This document shows positions 48,286-57,130 of a stretch of DNA of 64,000 bases, one piece after another (positions within the stretch are counted from its first letter, which is position 1; each line of letters begins with the position of its first letter). The DNA comes from a virus, in IMG/VR virus record IMGVR_UViG_3300026183_000930, positions 1 through 64,000 of that record, one strand, 5' to 3'. Under the pieces are notes generated by a model. It was not told the DNA's origin. It searched no databases and saw only the letters and a program-made list of their open reading frames with translations. Both the position numbers and the translations under genes were made by a program.

Positions 48286-49036
48286 TCTTTATCTTATCAA
48301 GTGTATACTTCAATGAGTAATCTTGTTCTACTTTACCAAAGTGTGATAAGTCTCTAGCCAAATCTTTTTTATAGTCTGCTTGATAATTTAATCTTCCAGT
48401 TGGTATCACAATTAAATTTATACTGTTTTGTTTACACTGTTGTTTAATAAATTCAAGCATAGAATATCGGTACCACTTGCTATTACTATCATCTATTATA
48501 TCAATTAATGGTCTTGATTCATTGATTTTGCAACTCATTAGCTCTTCTTGTTCAAATTGGCAAGTTGAAACCACAGTCTCTTGATCCCACCAATTGAATC
48601 TTTCCATAGGTGGTTCTTTTAATACAACAGTTTTTGGTTTCAATATTGGTATCCAATAGCACAATCTTTGAGCCACGTGTTGCCAATCTGCGCCACCGCA
48701 GGCAATGTTATGATAAGGAACGTTTAATTGTTCTGCCACACGCGATGCCCATAATACATCTAGAGAAAGCCCAACTCCTACAGTTTGACTGCAACCTGTA
48801 AACAGCATTTCACAAGGTATATCAAAACTGTCACATCTGTACCCATGCTCATTGAAACTGTAAGTTATTTCTTTATCAAGCCACCCATTCATTTCAAGCA
48901 GTTTTTTAGTTTTTTTATCTGCAATATGTTTGTTAAAAGATTTTTCACTATCCATATCCAGCCAGAAATGAGTAGAATTTCCACAACGTTCGTAATGAGA
49001 TCTTCCCCAAATTTTTAATATTTTTTTTTGCTTCAT
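48269..49036 (-). CDS. SGNH-hydrolase-like protein
   Basis: GCSQTVGVG, NIACGG, ARDLSHFG. Confidence 0.6.
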   Translation of the reverse strand: MKQKKILKIWGRSHYERCGNSTHFWLDMDSEKSFNKHIADKKTKKLLEMNGWLDKEITYSFNEHGYRCDSFDIPCEMLFTGCSQTVGVGLSLDVLWASRVAEQLNVPYHNIACGGADWQHVAQRLCYWIPILKPKTVVLKEPPMERFNWWDQETVVSTCQFEQEELMSCKINESRPLIDIIDDSNSKWYRYSMLEFIKQQCKQNSINLIVIPTGRLNYQADYKKDLARDLSHFGKVEQDYSLKYTLDKIKNEEYV

Positions 49037-49120
49037 TGGTGTCCTTTTTTTATTAACTTTTTAAAGCATATCATTATCTATTTATCTGCCATATTAAATA
49101 CACAAAAGGTACTTACTTAG

Positions 49121-49582
49121 ATGTCAAACTCTTATTGTTTTAAATTAATTCCTAATAAAAATGTAATGGGTCATACCTATACCTGTTTAGAAGATGATAT
49201 TAATTTAAAAGCATGGCAAAATATCAGCAGTGCCACATTCTTTGATATTAAAATTGTTCCTAGGTTTGATATAGATGTTTATAAACCTATCTTAACAAAA
49301 ATTAAAGAAATTATCAAAACAAAAGATTGTGTTGTTCATTTTTCAAATGAGTTCACAGATAGATGGACAACTAAACACGAAAAGTTTTTTTGGGAGCTTT
49401 TAAAAAGACTTGAAGGAGAAAAATTTTCTCTGGAACTTCAAGTAAGGCCGTTGTTAGCAGGACATTATGATAATTTAATTGAAAAGATAAAAAACTACGC
49501 TTCTAGCAATAACATCTTGTTTTGTGAATTTTCTATATCAAGAACAAATTTTGTTGAACACACCCTTTACAAAAATTATTGA
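49121..49582 (+). CDS. hypothetical protein
   Basis: ORF track; TAAATA upstream. Confidence 0.55.
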   Translation: MSNSYCFKLIPNKNVMGHTYTCLEDDINLKAWQNISSATFFDIKIVPRFDIDVYKPILTKIKEIIKTKDCVVHFSNEFTDRWTTKHEKFFWELLKRLEGEKFSLELQVRPLLAGHYDNLIEKIKNYASSNNILFCEFSISRTNFVEHTLYKNY

Positions 49583-49632
49583 ATACAGGTAGGTTGTCGT
49601 AAAAAGAAATAACAAAATTTACTAATTTTGAA

Positions 49633-49722
49633 TTATCTTTTCTTTTTGTTTCTTCTTCTGGCTCGTCTTTTTTTAGAGCCTCTTTTTCGTCTACCACGAT
49701 GTGTTTTATCTTGTCTTGCCAT
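49633..49722 (-). CDS. 29-aa protamine-like peptide MARQDKTHRGRRKRGSKKRRARRRNKKKR
   Basis: TATAAATA 8 nt upstream of ATG; not in ORF track. Confidence 0.7.
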   Translation of the reverse strand: MARQDKTHRGRRKRGSKKRRARRRNKKKR

Positions 49723-49746
49723 AGTGAGCGTATTTATAACTCAGTC

Positions 49747-49790
49747 AAAAAAAAGCCCCGGACTAGTGTAACCAAATGTTACTGCCGGGG
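49747..49790 (-). terminator. intrinsic terminator ending the repeat RNA
   Basis: CCCCGG...CCGGGG-C-U8 on minus strand. Confidence 0.75.
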
Positions 49791-50124
49791 TAAACAAAAA
49801 TACTTTTTTGTCTGTTATCATATTCGAGCTTGTTGGCAGAATTTTATAAGCCTTTTTAAGAACATTCGTTCCGCTAACTGCCAGCTCGAACAATATGAGC
49901 ATTTTTAAACTACTGGAGTCGCTCAAAGCAAAGACATTTTTAAGCCACTATAGCCGTCTTTAAATAAAGGCACTCTTTATATCCTAAACGGAAGCCTTTT
50001 AAATGTAAGCCTTTTTACTTGCTACTGCATCGCTTACTAAAACGAAAGCCTATTTAAACTACTAGAGTCGCTTTCAATACTTGCTAAAGCATTTTTAAAC
50101 CTAAGTCGCTTTGTGTTGCAAGTG
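49747..50124 (-). ncRNA. candidate ~380-nt ncRNA with six covarying bulged-hairpin units
   Basis: unit: stem-C-G-stem-loop-stem-UUAAA(A/U)A(U/G)-G-stem, six times; TAATTA promoter candidate at 50125-50130; terminator. Confidence 0.75.
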
Positions 50125-50272
50125 TAATTAGTTATGACCTAAGATTGTTCTATATGTATCCAGTTAATATTTTTTTTATTAACACATCATATATCTGTTA
50201 TACTGCTTTTTTATTTTGCCACTTGGCCAATTAAGTAATTGTGCAATGAATGTTTGAACAGGAGATACTACT

Positions 50273-50587
50273 ATGGACAGGAACAAAATAGAACAGTTAG
50301 AAGAAAGACTTGATGAACTTGAAACAAAACTTGACGACATCATGTCTGTGCTGGAAATGGATAATGAGCATGATGATTACGAGTACGAAAATGATGAGCA
50401 TGACAATGAAGATGAAATTTGTGAAGATTGTTATGAGGCTCCATGTGCTTGTTACAACCATGATGATGAAGACAACGATTTTGAAGATGATGAAGATGAG
50501 GACGAAGAATACGTAGACGAAAACGATTGGGATTCATCTAATGATGATGAAGACGAAGATGAATATGACGACGAAAATGACAAATAA
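50273..50587 (+). CDS. extremely acidic protein with N-terminal coiled coil and CEDCYEAPCAC
   Basis: AGGAG SD; about half D/E. Confidence 0.75.
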   Translation: MDRNKIEQLEERLDELETKLDDIMSVLEMDNEHDDYEYENDEHDNEDEICEDCYEAPCACYNHDDEDNDFEDDEDEDEEYVDENDWDSSNDDEDEDEYDDENDK

Positions 50588-50722
50588 ATCACTTATTACT
50601 AGGTCAGCATAGTTTCTATGCTGACTATAGTAAAACATTATAAAAATTAATAATATTAATTAACTGTTGACACCCTTGTAAATTTAATATACTATGTAAC
50701 AAATACAAGGTAAATATGAATT

Positions 50723-51277
50723 ATGTTGTGGTATAAAAAATTCAAAATAAGTATGCCTCAGGATTTGAAAAACGTTTGTAAAACTTACATAACTCAATTT
50801 GATCATGAACCTTTTTGGACATACAAATCAGTGGCTGATTCTAAATTATGGACAGTGCCACCACTAGGACCAAACAGAGTCAGAATGTACGATATTGTTC
50901 CAAATGAAACATTAGAACAATTTGAAAAAATGAGAAAACTAGTGACTGACATTTCTATGCTAGATGTTGAAGATAAGTTACCAGTCACTACCTTATGGGA
51001 ATATGACGAAAAGTTTACTCATTGCCCAGTACACATTGACCACGGAGGAGAACACACAGGATCATTAATAAACTCTATATCAGGCAATTTTAAACTGCAT
51101 TTGCATTCCAAAGACAAACAAGATGCACCTATTATAGATACAGTTGATGTAGATGAGTCAACTCTACTTGCATTAAATAACACTGAATTTCCACATTCAG
51201 TTGAAGGACAAGGATTACTGTTGGTGTTTGGCACAGATAAAAAAATAAATCCACAGGAGTATTTTGCAGATGTATGA
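50723..51277 (+). CDS. cupin/2OG-Fe(II) oxygenase-like protein
   Basis: HID...PHSV. Confidence 0.5.
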   Translation: MLWYKKFKISMPQDLKNVCKTYITQFDHEPFWTYKSVADSKLWTVPPLGPNRVRMYDIVPNETLEQFEKMRKLVTDISMLDVEDKLPVTTLWEYDEKFTHCPVHIDHGGEHTGSLINSISGNFKLHLHSKDKQDAPIIDTVDVDESTLLALNNTEFPHSVEGQGLLLVFGTDKKINPQEYFADV

Positions 51278-51779
51278 TTTAGAAAATTACAATTGGTGTC
51301 ATGTACAAGATTATAACGTTGAACAATTTGACTTGCCAACATTTATAGATGCCAACAAACAAACATCAGATGGCACATGGTGGAACATATACGAAAGCAG
51401 AGAACAATTCAGCGAACACACAGCTCAATTGAGAAAAGAATTAGAAACTATGTTTGATGATGAATTTCCATACATGGGAGTATGGGATTACTATCCAGGG
51501 TTTGTTGATATTCAAGGACCACACTTTGATAAAGGCAATTTAGAAAATGCAGTTATTTTTATGGTACCAAGGGGTGAACTTACAGTCACACTGCATGATC
51601 CAGAAAACAAAGAAGTACTTGATTCTAAAACACTGTCTGGTAATAACATAATGGTGTTACATCATACAAAGTTCATGCACGATGTCAAAGGAGTTGGTGA
51701 ACTAGTAGTTTTTGGATTATCTAAAAAGTTTGACACAGAAAAGTTTTTTAAAAAAGACAAACTGTCTTTTGAAAAGTAG
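51270..51779 (+). CDS. cupin/2OG-Fe(II) oxygenase-like protein (paralog of preceding gene)
   Basis: HFD...MHDV; shared LxLH and LxVFGxxKK segments. Confidence 0.5.
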   Translation: MYDLENYNWCHVQDYNVEQFDLPTFIDANKQTSDGTWWNIYESREQFSEHTAQLRKELETMFDDEFPYMGVWDYYPGFVDIQGPHFDKGNLENAVIFMVPRGELTVTLHDPENKEVLDSKTLSGNNIMVLHHTKFMHDVKGVGELVVFGLSKKFDTEKFFKKDKLSFEK

Positions 51780-51798
51780 TAAACAGTTAGGCATATAA

Positions 51799-52662
51799 AT
51801 GCAAACAATTAACATACCAATAATAGATGATGTGTACAGTGTTCTAGAACAACAAAAATACATGTTGCCTTACGACAAAGGTCAAGCACTCAAAGAACTA
51901 GAATCAGTTGAAACTGCTCACAGAAAATGGGTCAATGAAATTGTCGATCTATCAGACTTTCCACACTGTTACTTTGTTAATGGTCTAGAAGATGCTATAC
52001 ATCATTGGAAACTTACAGAAACACGACCATGGCAAAAACTTGAAGGCGAATATGACTATCCTGATACTATAGGTGAATCAGCCACAGTGTGTTGTGATGT
52101 GCCAGGACAGTATATGAATCAAGAACTTGGCAGATCAGCCATACCTGCAGATGTTAAAAATGATAGACCTTTGTATCTATCAATACCTTCTCATGCAGAT
52201 GGAAATTTTTTTAGTCCTAAGCCAATCAATGCTCCAGTGATACTTGATTGTTCCTTTGTTGGATCCACAAATATTCAAACAATAAATGTTCCAAAAAACA
52301 CTGAACAAGTTTTCTTTGATTTCACAAGAGGGTTTGGAAAAGTTGTACAAGGTATTGGTTTGGTTTATACCAAACAGCCACATGCTTCATTGGAGAAACT
52401 AAAAGAATTGGAAAATTGGAATTACATTGGTGTAAAAATAATTAATTCATTAATATCTAACTTTGCAGTAGATGAAATGTGGAACAGACACAAAGACCAA
52501 CAATTTAAAATTTGCAATGATCATAATATCAAACCGGCTGATTGCTTTTACATGGCAACATCAAGACATGAAGATTATAAAAATCATAGACTAATGAGAT
52601 GGAACGACACTGCAAAAATTTGCATCACCTCATTGTTTGATAAATATAATAAACGGAGATAA
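51799..52662 (+). CDS. degenerate PLP-dependent aminotransferase-like protein
   Basis: NGLEDAI, GEYDY, SIPS..DG, VILDCSF, FDFTRGF. Confidence 0.5.
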   Translation: MQTINIPIIDDVYSVLEQQKYMLPYDKGQALKELESVETAHRKWVNEIVDLSDFPHCYFVNGLEDAIHHWKLTETRPWQKLEGEYDYPDTIGESATVCCDVPGQYMNQELGRSAIPADVKNDRPLYLSIPSHADGNFFSPKPINAPVILDCSFVGSTNIQTINVPKNTEQVFFDFTRGFGKVVQGIGLVYTKQPHASLEKLKELENWNYIGVKIINSLISNFAVDEMWNRHKDQQFKICNDHNIKPADCFYMATSRHEDYKNHRLMRWNDTAKICITSLFDKYNKRR

Positions 52663-52670
52663 AAATAAAA

Positions 52671-53543
52671 ATGAACAAACAGATACTAGATTATACAAAT
52701 GAAGAATTTACACAATTGGTAAATCAAATTGTGGACAAAGGTTCTATAGTATTACACGATCAAAATTTAACTAGACAACAACTTGCTGAAGTTTGTGCTA
52801 GAATGGGAGAAGTTGAAGAATTAGATTACTTTATGAATCCAAAAGATTCTCCACAGATCAGTATTGTGTCTGGTAAAGTTGTTGATGGTAAACCAATTGG
52901 TATGTTTGGTCCAACGGAATTAGAATGGCATGCCAACGGAACTGGTAGATACAACTTCAAAGAAATCTGTGTAAGTTTATATTGTGTTGAAGAATGTGTT
53001 GACACTGTGCTTTCTATTGTGGATCAGAAAAAAGCATTTGAAGAACTGTCAGAAGAAGATAAGAATTATTATCGTAATATAGACATACACTTGAATAATG
53101 AAAAAGGTGTGGCACCATCAATATGGAGAGACGATGGAATCTATTCAAAAGCATACAAAACAGTAGGCGAAGAAAGTTTTAGACAAGGTAAAGAACATTA
53201 CAAAGAAACAATTGATAGACGACCATTAGTTGCAAAACATCCTGTTGACGGCAAAGAATATTTTTATCCAATGTTCATATATCTTTACAAAGCATTCTAC
53301 AGAGATGGCAATGGTGCAGAAGTAGAAGACTTTGAAGCATTTAAAAATAAACTATACAATGTAATCACAAGATCAAAATATATGGTACACCATGTGTTTA
53401 GAAAAGGTGACCTGTTGTTTATGGATCAATTGTTAACTAGTCACAGAAGAAGTGCTGTCAAAAACAAAGATAGACAGTTGTGGAGAACAGCATTTGATTA
53501 TTCTAAATCAGTTACTGACTATAAACCAGTTATTTTTGAATAA
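52671..53543 (+). CDS. TauD/TfdA-family dioxygenase
   Basis: WHANG, PLVAKHPVDGK, KGDLLFMDQLLTSHRR, RQLWR. Confidence 0.8.
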   Translation: MNKQILDYTNEEFTQLVNQIVDKGSIVLHDQNLTRQQLAEVCARMGEVEELDYFMNPKDSPQISIVSGKVVDGKPIGMFGPTELEWHANGTGRYNFKEICVSLYCVEECVDTVLSIVDQKKAFEELSEEDKNYYRNIDIHLNNEKGVAPSIWRDDGIYSKAYKTVGEESFRQGKEHYKETIDRRPLVAKHPVDGKEYFYPMFIYLYKAFYRDGNGAEVEDFEAFKNKLYNVITRSKYMVHHVFRKGDLLFMDQLLTSHRRSAVKNKDRQLWRTAFDYSKSVTDYKPVIFE

Positions 53544-53549
53544 AATTAA

Positions 53550-53858
53550 TTAATCTTTATTAAGAATTCTACTAACGTTAGTTTCAACAACACGTTTGAG
53601 TTTTTCAATGTCAAGATAGATTTCAACATCTTTTGTGTTTTCCCAAAGTTTTGAAATTTCTTGATAGTTGACAACTCCTACATTAGGAGAAACTCCCTGT
53701 ATTTCTTCATTGGTTAAATCTTTGTGATCTCCGTTACTGTAAATTACTCTAACTCCTTTCACAAAACCAATAGGAACTTCTTGCGGGAATATTTCTCCTA
53801 ACAATTTATCAAATTCACCAGTGTCTTTATCTGGATCTGATGCTTTAAATTTACGCAT
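53550..53858 (-). CDS. hypothetical protein
   Basis: ORF track. Confidence 0.65.
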   Translation of the reverse strand: MRKFKASDPDKDTGEFDKLLGEIFPQEVPIGFVKGVRVIYSNGDHKDLTNEEIQGVSPNVGVVNYQEISKLWENTKDVEIYLDIEKLKRVVETNVSRILNKD

Positions 53859-54468
53859 TAGATTTTTCTTTTAGTAGTGGTGATGCAGGTGCACCTGATT
53901 TTGGTCTACCTCTAGGTCTTTTTGTTTCGTCATTTATACCTGGTGATATTGATTCTGCTTGAGCTCTTTTCTTTCTTGCATCTTCTTCCATTAGTTGTGC
54001 TTGAATGATAAGATTTCTAGCCTGACCTTTTCTTTCTTGTTCTTCAGTTAGTTCACCTTGAGGCGCACTAGGTCTCTGTAACTCTGCCACATCCGGTGAT
54101 GGTGCTAACGCTTCAGTGACATTTTTTAAATTTGTGTTGTGCTCTACTAGAGTGATTTCTTTGTTTGGTGCTGGTGTCAATACAATTTCTTCAACTGGTA
54201 CTTTAGTTAACCAGTTTTTTCTATGAAGTGTTTGTAAAATGCTTTCACCATCAAAGAAGTATTTTCTATTTAGAACATCATAACAATCATTGTTTGCCTG
54301 TGCTTCAAGTGATTCAATTGCACTCATTAGTCCGTCATGATATCTGTCTAACAGAGTTCCTGTGTCAACCACAAGAGCATTAGCAGTATCATTTGGAACT
54401 TCTCTAAAGACTACAACATACTTTCTTTTTGATTTAGAGTTGTAACCTAAATGTTTCAAATGGGCCAT
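53851..54468 (-). CDS. conserved large-phage protein with C-terminal AT-hook (RPRGRPK)
   Basis: start MAHLKH after AAGGAG SD. Confidence 0.7.
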   Translation of the reverse strand: MAHLKHLGYNSKSKRKYVVVFREVPNDTANALVVDTGTLLDRYHDGLMSAIESLEAQANNDCYDVLNRKYFFDGESILQTLHRKNWLTKVPVEEIVLTPAPNKEITLVEHNTNLKNVTEALAPSPDVAELQRPSAPQGELTEEQERKGQARNLIIQAQLMEEDARKKRAQAESISPGINDETKRPRGRPKSGAPASPLLKEKSNA

Positions 54469-54469
54469 A

Positions 54470-54832
54470 TTATTCTCCTTGTTTTGTCTCAGTAGAAGCT
54501 GGTGCTTCTGCTGGTGCAGGTGCAGATGTTTCTGCTGGTGCTTCTGCTGGTGCAGGTGCAGATGTTTCTGCTGGTGCTTCTGCTGGTGTTGTTTCACCCT
54601 GTGCTTTGGCTTCTGCTTCTGCTTTTGCTTTTTGTTGATCAGCAATCATTTTTAAAAATTTAGCAAATTTGTCAGCAACTGCTCCGACTTGTGAAAGTTC
54701 ATTGGCTCTGAAAGCACCTCTTGATGATGCTAAATCTACAATGTTAAGCATTGATTGTACATCAGCAATTTGAATACCTGTAGGTTCTGTTGGAGCCTGT
54801 TGTGTTTCTTGATTAGTAACTACTTCAGTCAT
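54470..54832 (-). CDS. phage protein with Pro/Ala/Glu repeat tail
   Basis: IVDLASSRGAFRANEL; AAGGAG SD. Confidence 0.75.
   Translation of the reverse strand: MTEVVTNQETQQAPTEPTGIQIADVQSMLNIVDLASSRGAFRANELSQVGAVADKFAKFLKMIADQQKAKAEAEAKAQGETTPAEAPAETSAPAPAEAPAETSAPAPAEAPASTETKQGE
54500..54588. repeat. 36-bp coding tandem repeat (~2.5 copies, PAEAPAETSAPA)
   Basis: ctggtgcttctgctggtgcaggtgcagatgtttctg. Confidence 0.85.
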
Positions 54833-55026
54833 TTATTATTTCTCCTTATTAATTTTTAATTAAAACACATTTTAATTGATACTTTTATTTATCATCTAAA
54901 AAGATCTTTTATTATTTTATAATCAAATACTACATGATTTTAAAATATAAGTCAACTTTTTAATACAACTTTTAGAAATCAATAACACAGTTGTTATGCT
55001 TTTACAAGTTCTCCGTAAATATTTTT

Positions 55027-55518
55027 ATGAGAAAACTACTCTTAACCTTATTCTTGTTGTGCTTTTTACCATTTAATTCATTTGCTGAAAACCACGAAGC
55101 CGAACTTGAAAAACAACTTGAGATACAAGAAAAGATCACAAGCATAAGAGACCTTACATCTTGTGGAGTTCTATACTACAATCTCAGTTTATATTTTGCT
55201 GTTGCACACAGTATAGGTGTAGAGTTTAACCACGATCCACAATTACTGGAAACTTATAAAACCATACACCAAAACGCATTTACAAAACACAAACAGTTTA
55301 GTGACAAAAATTTTGAAGTGTATTCTGAATTGATTGCAATGGGTGTTCCAGAAACATTTGCATCTCAACCAGGATATGCTGGACAACGAATGGCCATTGA
55401 CAGTATCACTGCTATGACCAAAAGTCTAACTGAAGACATATCAAAAGGTAATACCTTTCTTACAGGCTTGTTAGATGTTTCAGATACTTGTGATCAAATC
55501 CTATTAGAACTAGACTGA
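55027..55518 (+). CDS. secreted hypothetical protein
   Basis: signal peptide MRKLLL..SFA; TAAATA-N5-ATG. Confidence 0.65.
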   Translation: MRKLLLTLFLLCFLPFNSFAENHEAELEKQLEIQEKITSIRDLTSCGVLYYNLSLYFAVAHSIGVEFNHDPQLLETYKTIHQNAFTKHKQFSDKNFEVYSELIAMGVPETFASQPGYAGQRMAIDSITAMTKSLTEDISKGNTFLTGLLDVSDTCDQILLELD

Positions 55519-56735
55519 TCTTCTTCGTAATGACAAGTTACACCAAACGGTGCTTGTAACTCTTTGTCATAATTGCTATGTATAACCCAAAGTGTGTCAC
55601 AGTAATTTGGGTCACCCCATGACCCCCAAGGATAACCATCTGTGAACACAATCAGTTTCTTAGGTTCAATGCCTTGTTCTTTCATAAATGTCCAATTGGC
55701 ATCAAACTCTGTTCCACCAAATCCTTGTGGTTGATATGTGGTGATATCTCTGTCTGGTGTAAACACTTCTGGATTATGAACTTCTGTGTCAAAACTCCAA
55801 ACATGAATCTTGTAATCAGTGTACTGATCCATAATACTTTTGACTTCACTAAAAAACACATTCAATTGTCTTTCACTAATTGATCCTGATGTGTCTACTG
55901 CTACACAGATATCAATAGTTTCTGAATTTTTAAGTCCAGGAAATATTGCATCAGTGTGCCAAGACTTTCTGCTGGGTTTCATAAAAGTAAAGTCATCTTT
56001 GATCACTGAAGTTATCTGCTGATCCAACATAGATTTCCAATCCAGTTTGGGTTCAGTTAAATCTTTGATCATTCTTTCAACACTTTTAGGAACATTACCT
56101 GCACCGGCAATCTGAGCTGAATTCAACATTGCATTTTTAACTTCATCTTTGATCTGATCTTTTTCTTCTTTGGTCAAAGCCTTAGGACCTTTTTGGTTGC
56201 CAGGTGCATTTGCAGATCCTGAGTCTTTTTGTTTTTCCATTTCTTCAATCAACTTGTCTATGTGCATGTCAAGAGTTTCTTGTTTTTCTACTTGACGAGC
56301 ATACAGGTCTTCATAAATTTCTTCTGTGTATTTGTCACTGTATGAAGGATCCCATAATCCCACTTCAGGCATTTTACCAATGTGCTGATTTTTAAGATCA
56401 TCATTGATCACATAGTCACCTGCCATGTTCCAATACTGTGGATCCCTTGTGGCACGTCTATCAAAGTGATCATAAACACAGTGCATCACTTCATGAGCAA
56501 TCACAAAGTCCAATTCATCATCTGAAAGAGCACCAAGAAAATTTTTGTTATAATAAAGATGTTTGCCATCAGTGGCCGCAGTAGGGCACCATTCTGTTCC
56601 ATCTTTGACAATAAGCCTTGTGGCCATATTACCAAAGAAAGCATGATTCATCAACAGTCTAACACGTGATTGAACTATTCGTTTTTTAACTTCATCACTG
56701 TCAAATTCTTTTACTTTTTTTTCTGCCATAACCAT
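55494..56735 (-). CDS. DUF2201-type metallopeptidase-vWA protein
   Basis: TAATDG, HEVMH, DTSGS MIDAS, GGT, FTDGY. Confidence 0.9.
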   Translation of the reverse strand: MVMAEKKVKEFDSDEVKKRIVQSRVRLLMNHAFFGNMATRLIVKDGTEWCPTAATDGKHLYYNKNFLGALSDDELDFVIAHEVMHCVYDHFDRRATRDPQYWNMAGDYVINDDLKNQHIGKMPEVGLWDPSYSDKYTEEIYEDLYARQVEKQETLDMHIDKLIEEMEKQKDSGSANAPGNQKGPKALTKEEKDQIKDEVKNAMLNSAQIAGAGNVPKSVERMIKDLTEPKLDWKSMLDQQITSVIKDDFTFMKPSRKSWHTDAIFPGLKNSETIDICVAVDTSGSISERQLNVFFSEVKSIMDQYTDYKIHVWSFDTEVHNPEVFTPDRDITTYQPQGFGGTEFDANWTFMKEQGIEPKKLIVFTDGYPWGSWGDPNYCDTLWVIHSNYDKELQAPFGVTCHYEEDQSSSNRI

Positions 56736-56839
56736 TACAGTACCAACCCTGCCAATATTGCTAAAGTAAATCCAAATACTAACCAACCTGCTATGTAACC
56801 TGTACCAAATGCAAGTATTCTTTTTATTAAGTGTATCAT
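56735..56839 (-). CDS. 34-aa hydrophobic peptide (paralog of 13424-13564)
   Basis: MIHLIKRILAFGTGYIAGWLVFGFTLAILAGLVL; promoter at 56886, AGGAG SD. Confidence 0.7.
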   Translation of the reverse strand: MIHLIKRILAFGTGYIAGWLVFGFTLAILAGLVL

Positions 56840-57130
56840 TCTGCTCTCCTTGTTATATTATATATAATAGCACAAAATTGGATTCTGTCAACCTCTAAAA
56901 ATCGCTTAAATTTGCTTTTTAAACAGGGTTTTAATTTAGGGTGTTCAAATGTACTAAAAACAAAAAGACCCCGCTTAAAAGACCTTAAAATGCGTTTAAA
57001 CCAGGTTTTTTCTGGGTGTTTAGTCATAAAAAAAGGAACAGTAATGTTCCTTTTAATATCCTTTGTAGAAAGGGCGGAAAGCCTACTTATTTGATAAGAG
57101 CAGAGAGAGGTAAGCAGGCTCTCCATATGT

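Noticed and set aside
49985-50030. Resemblance of the minus strand (UAGCAAGUAAAAAGGCU) to Cas9 tracrRNA
   Set aside because: Short low-complexity match, no anti-repeat or cas9; better explained as part of the six-unit RNA
49849-50112. Plus-strand reading of the units as tRNA-Lys anticodon-loop mimics (CUUUUAA)
   Set aside because: Terminator, promoter candidate and G-U pairs favour the minus strand, and only one unit has the exact heptamer; not fully excluded without RNA-seq
54469-54645. Gln/His-rich N-terminal extension of ORF 53851..54645
   Set aside because: Alternative-frame read of the Pro/Ala repeat in the upstream gene; real start is 54468 with an SD
56736-56786. Shared SIWIYFSN N-termini of ORFs 13074..13523 and 55494..56786
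   Set aside because: Off-frame shadows of the duplicated hydrophobic peptide genes
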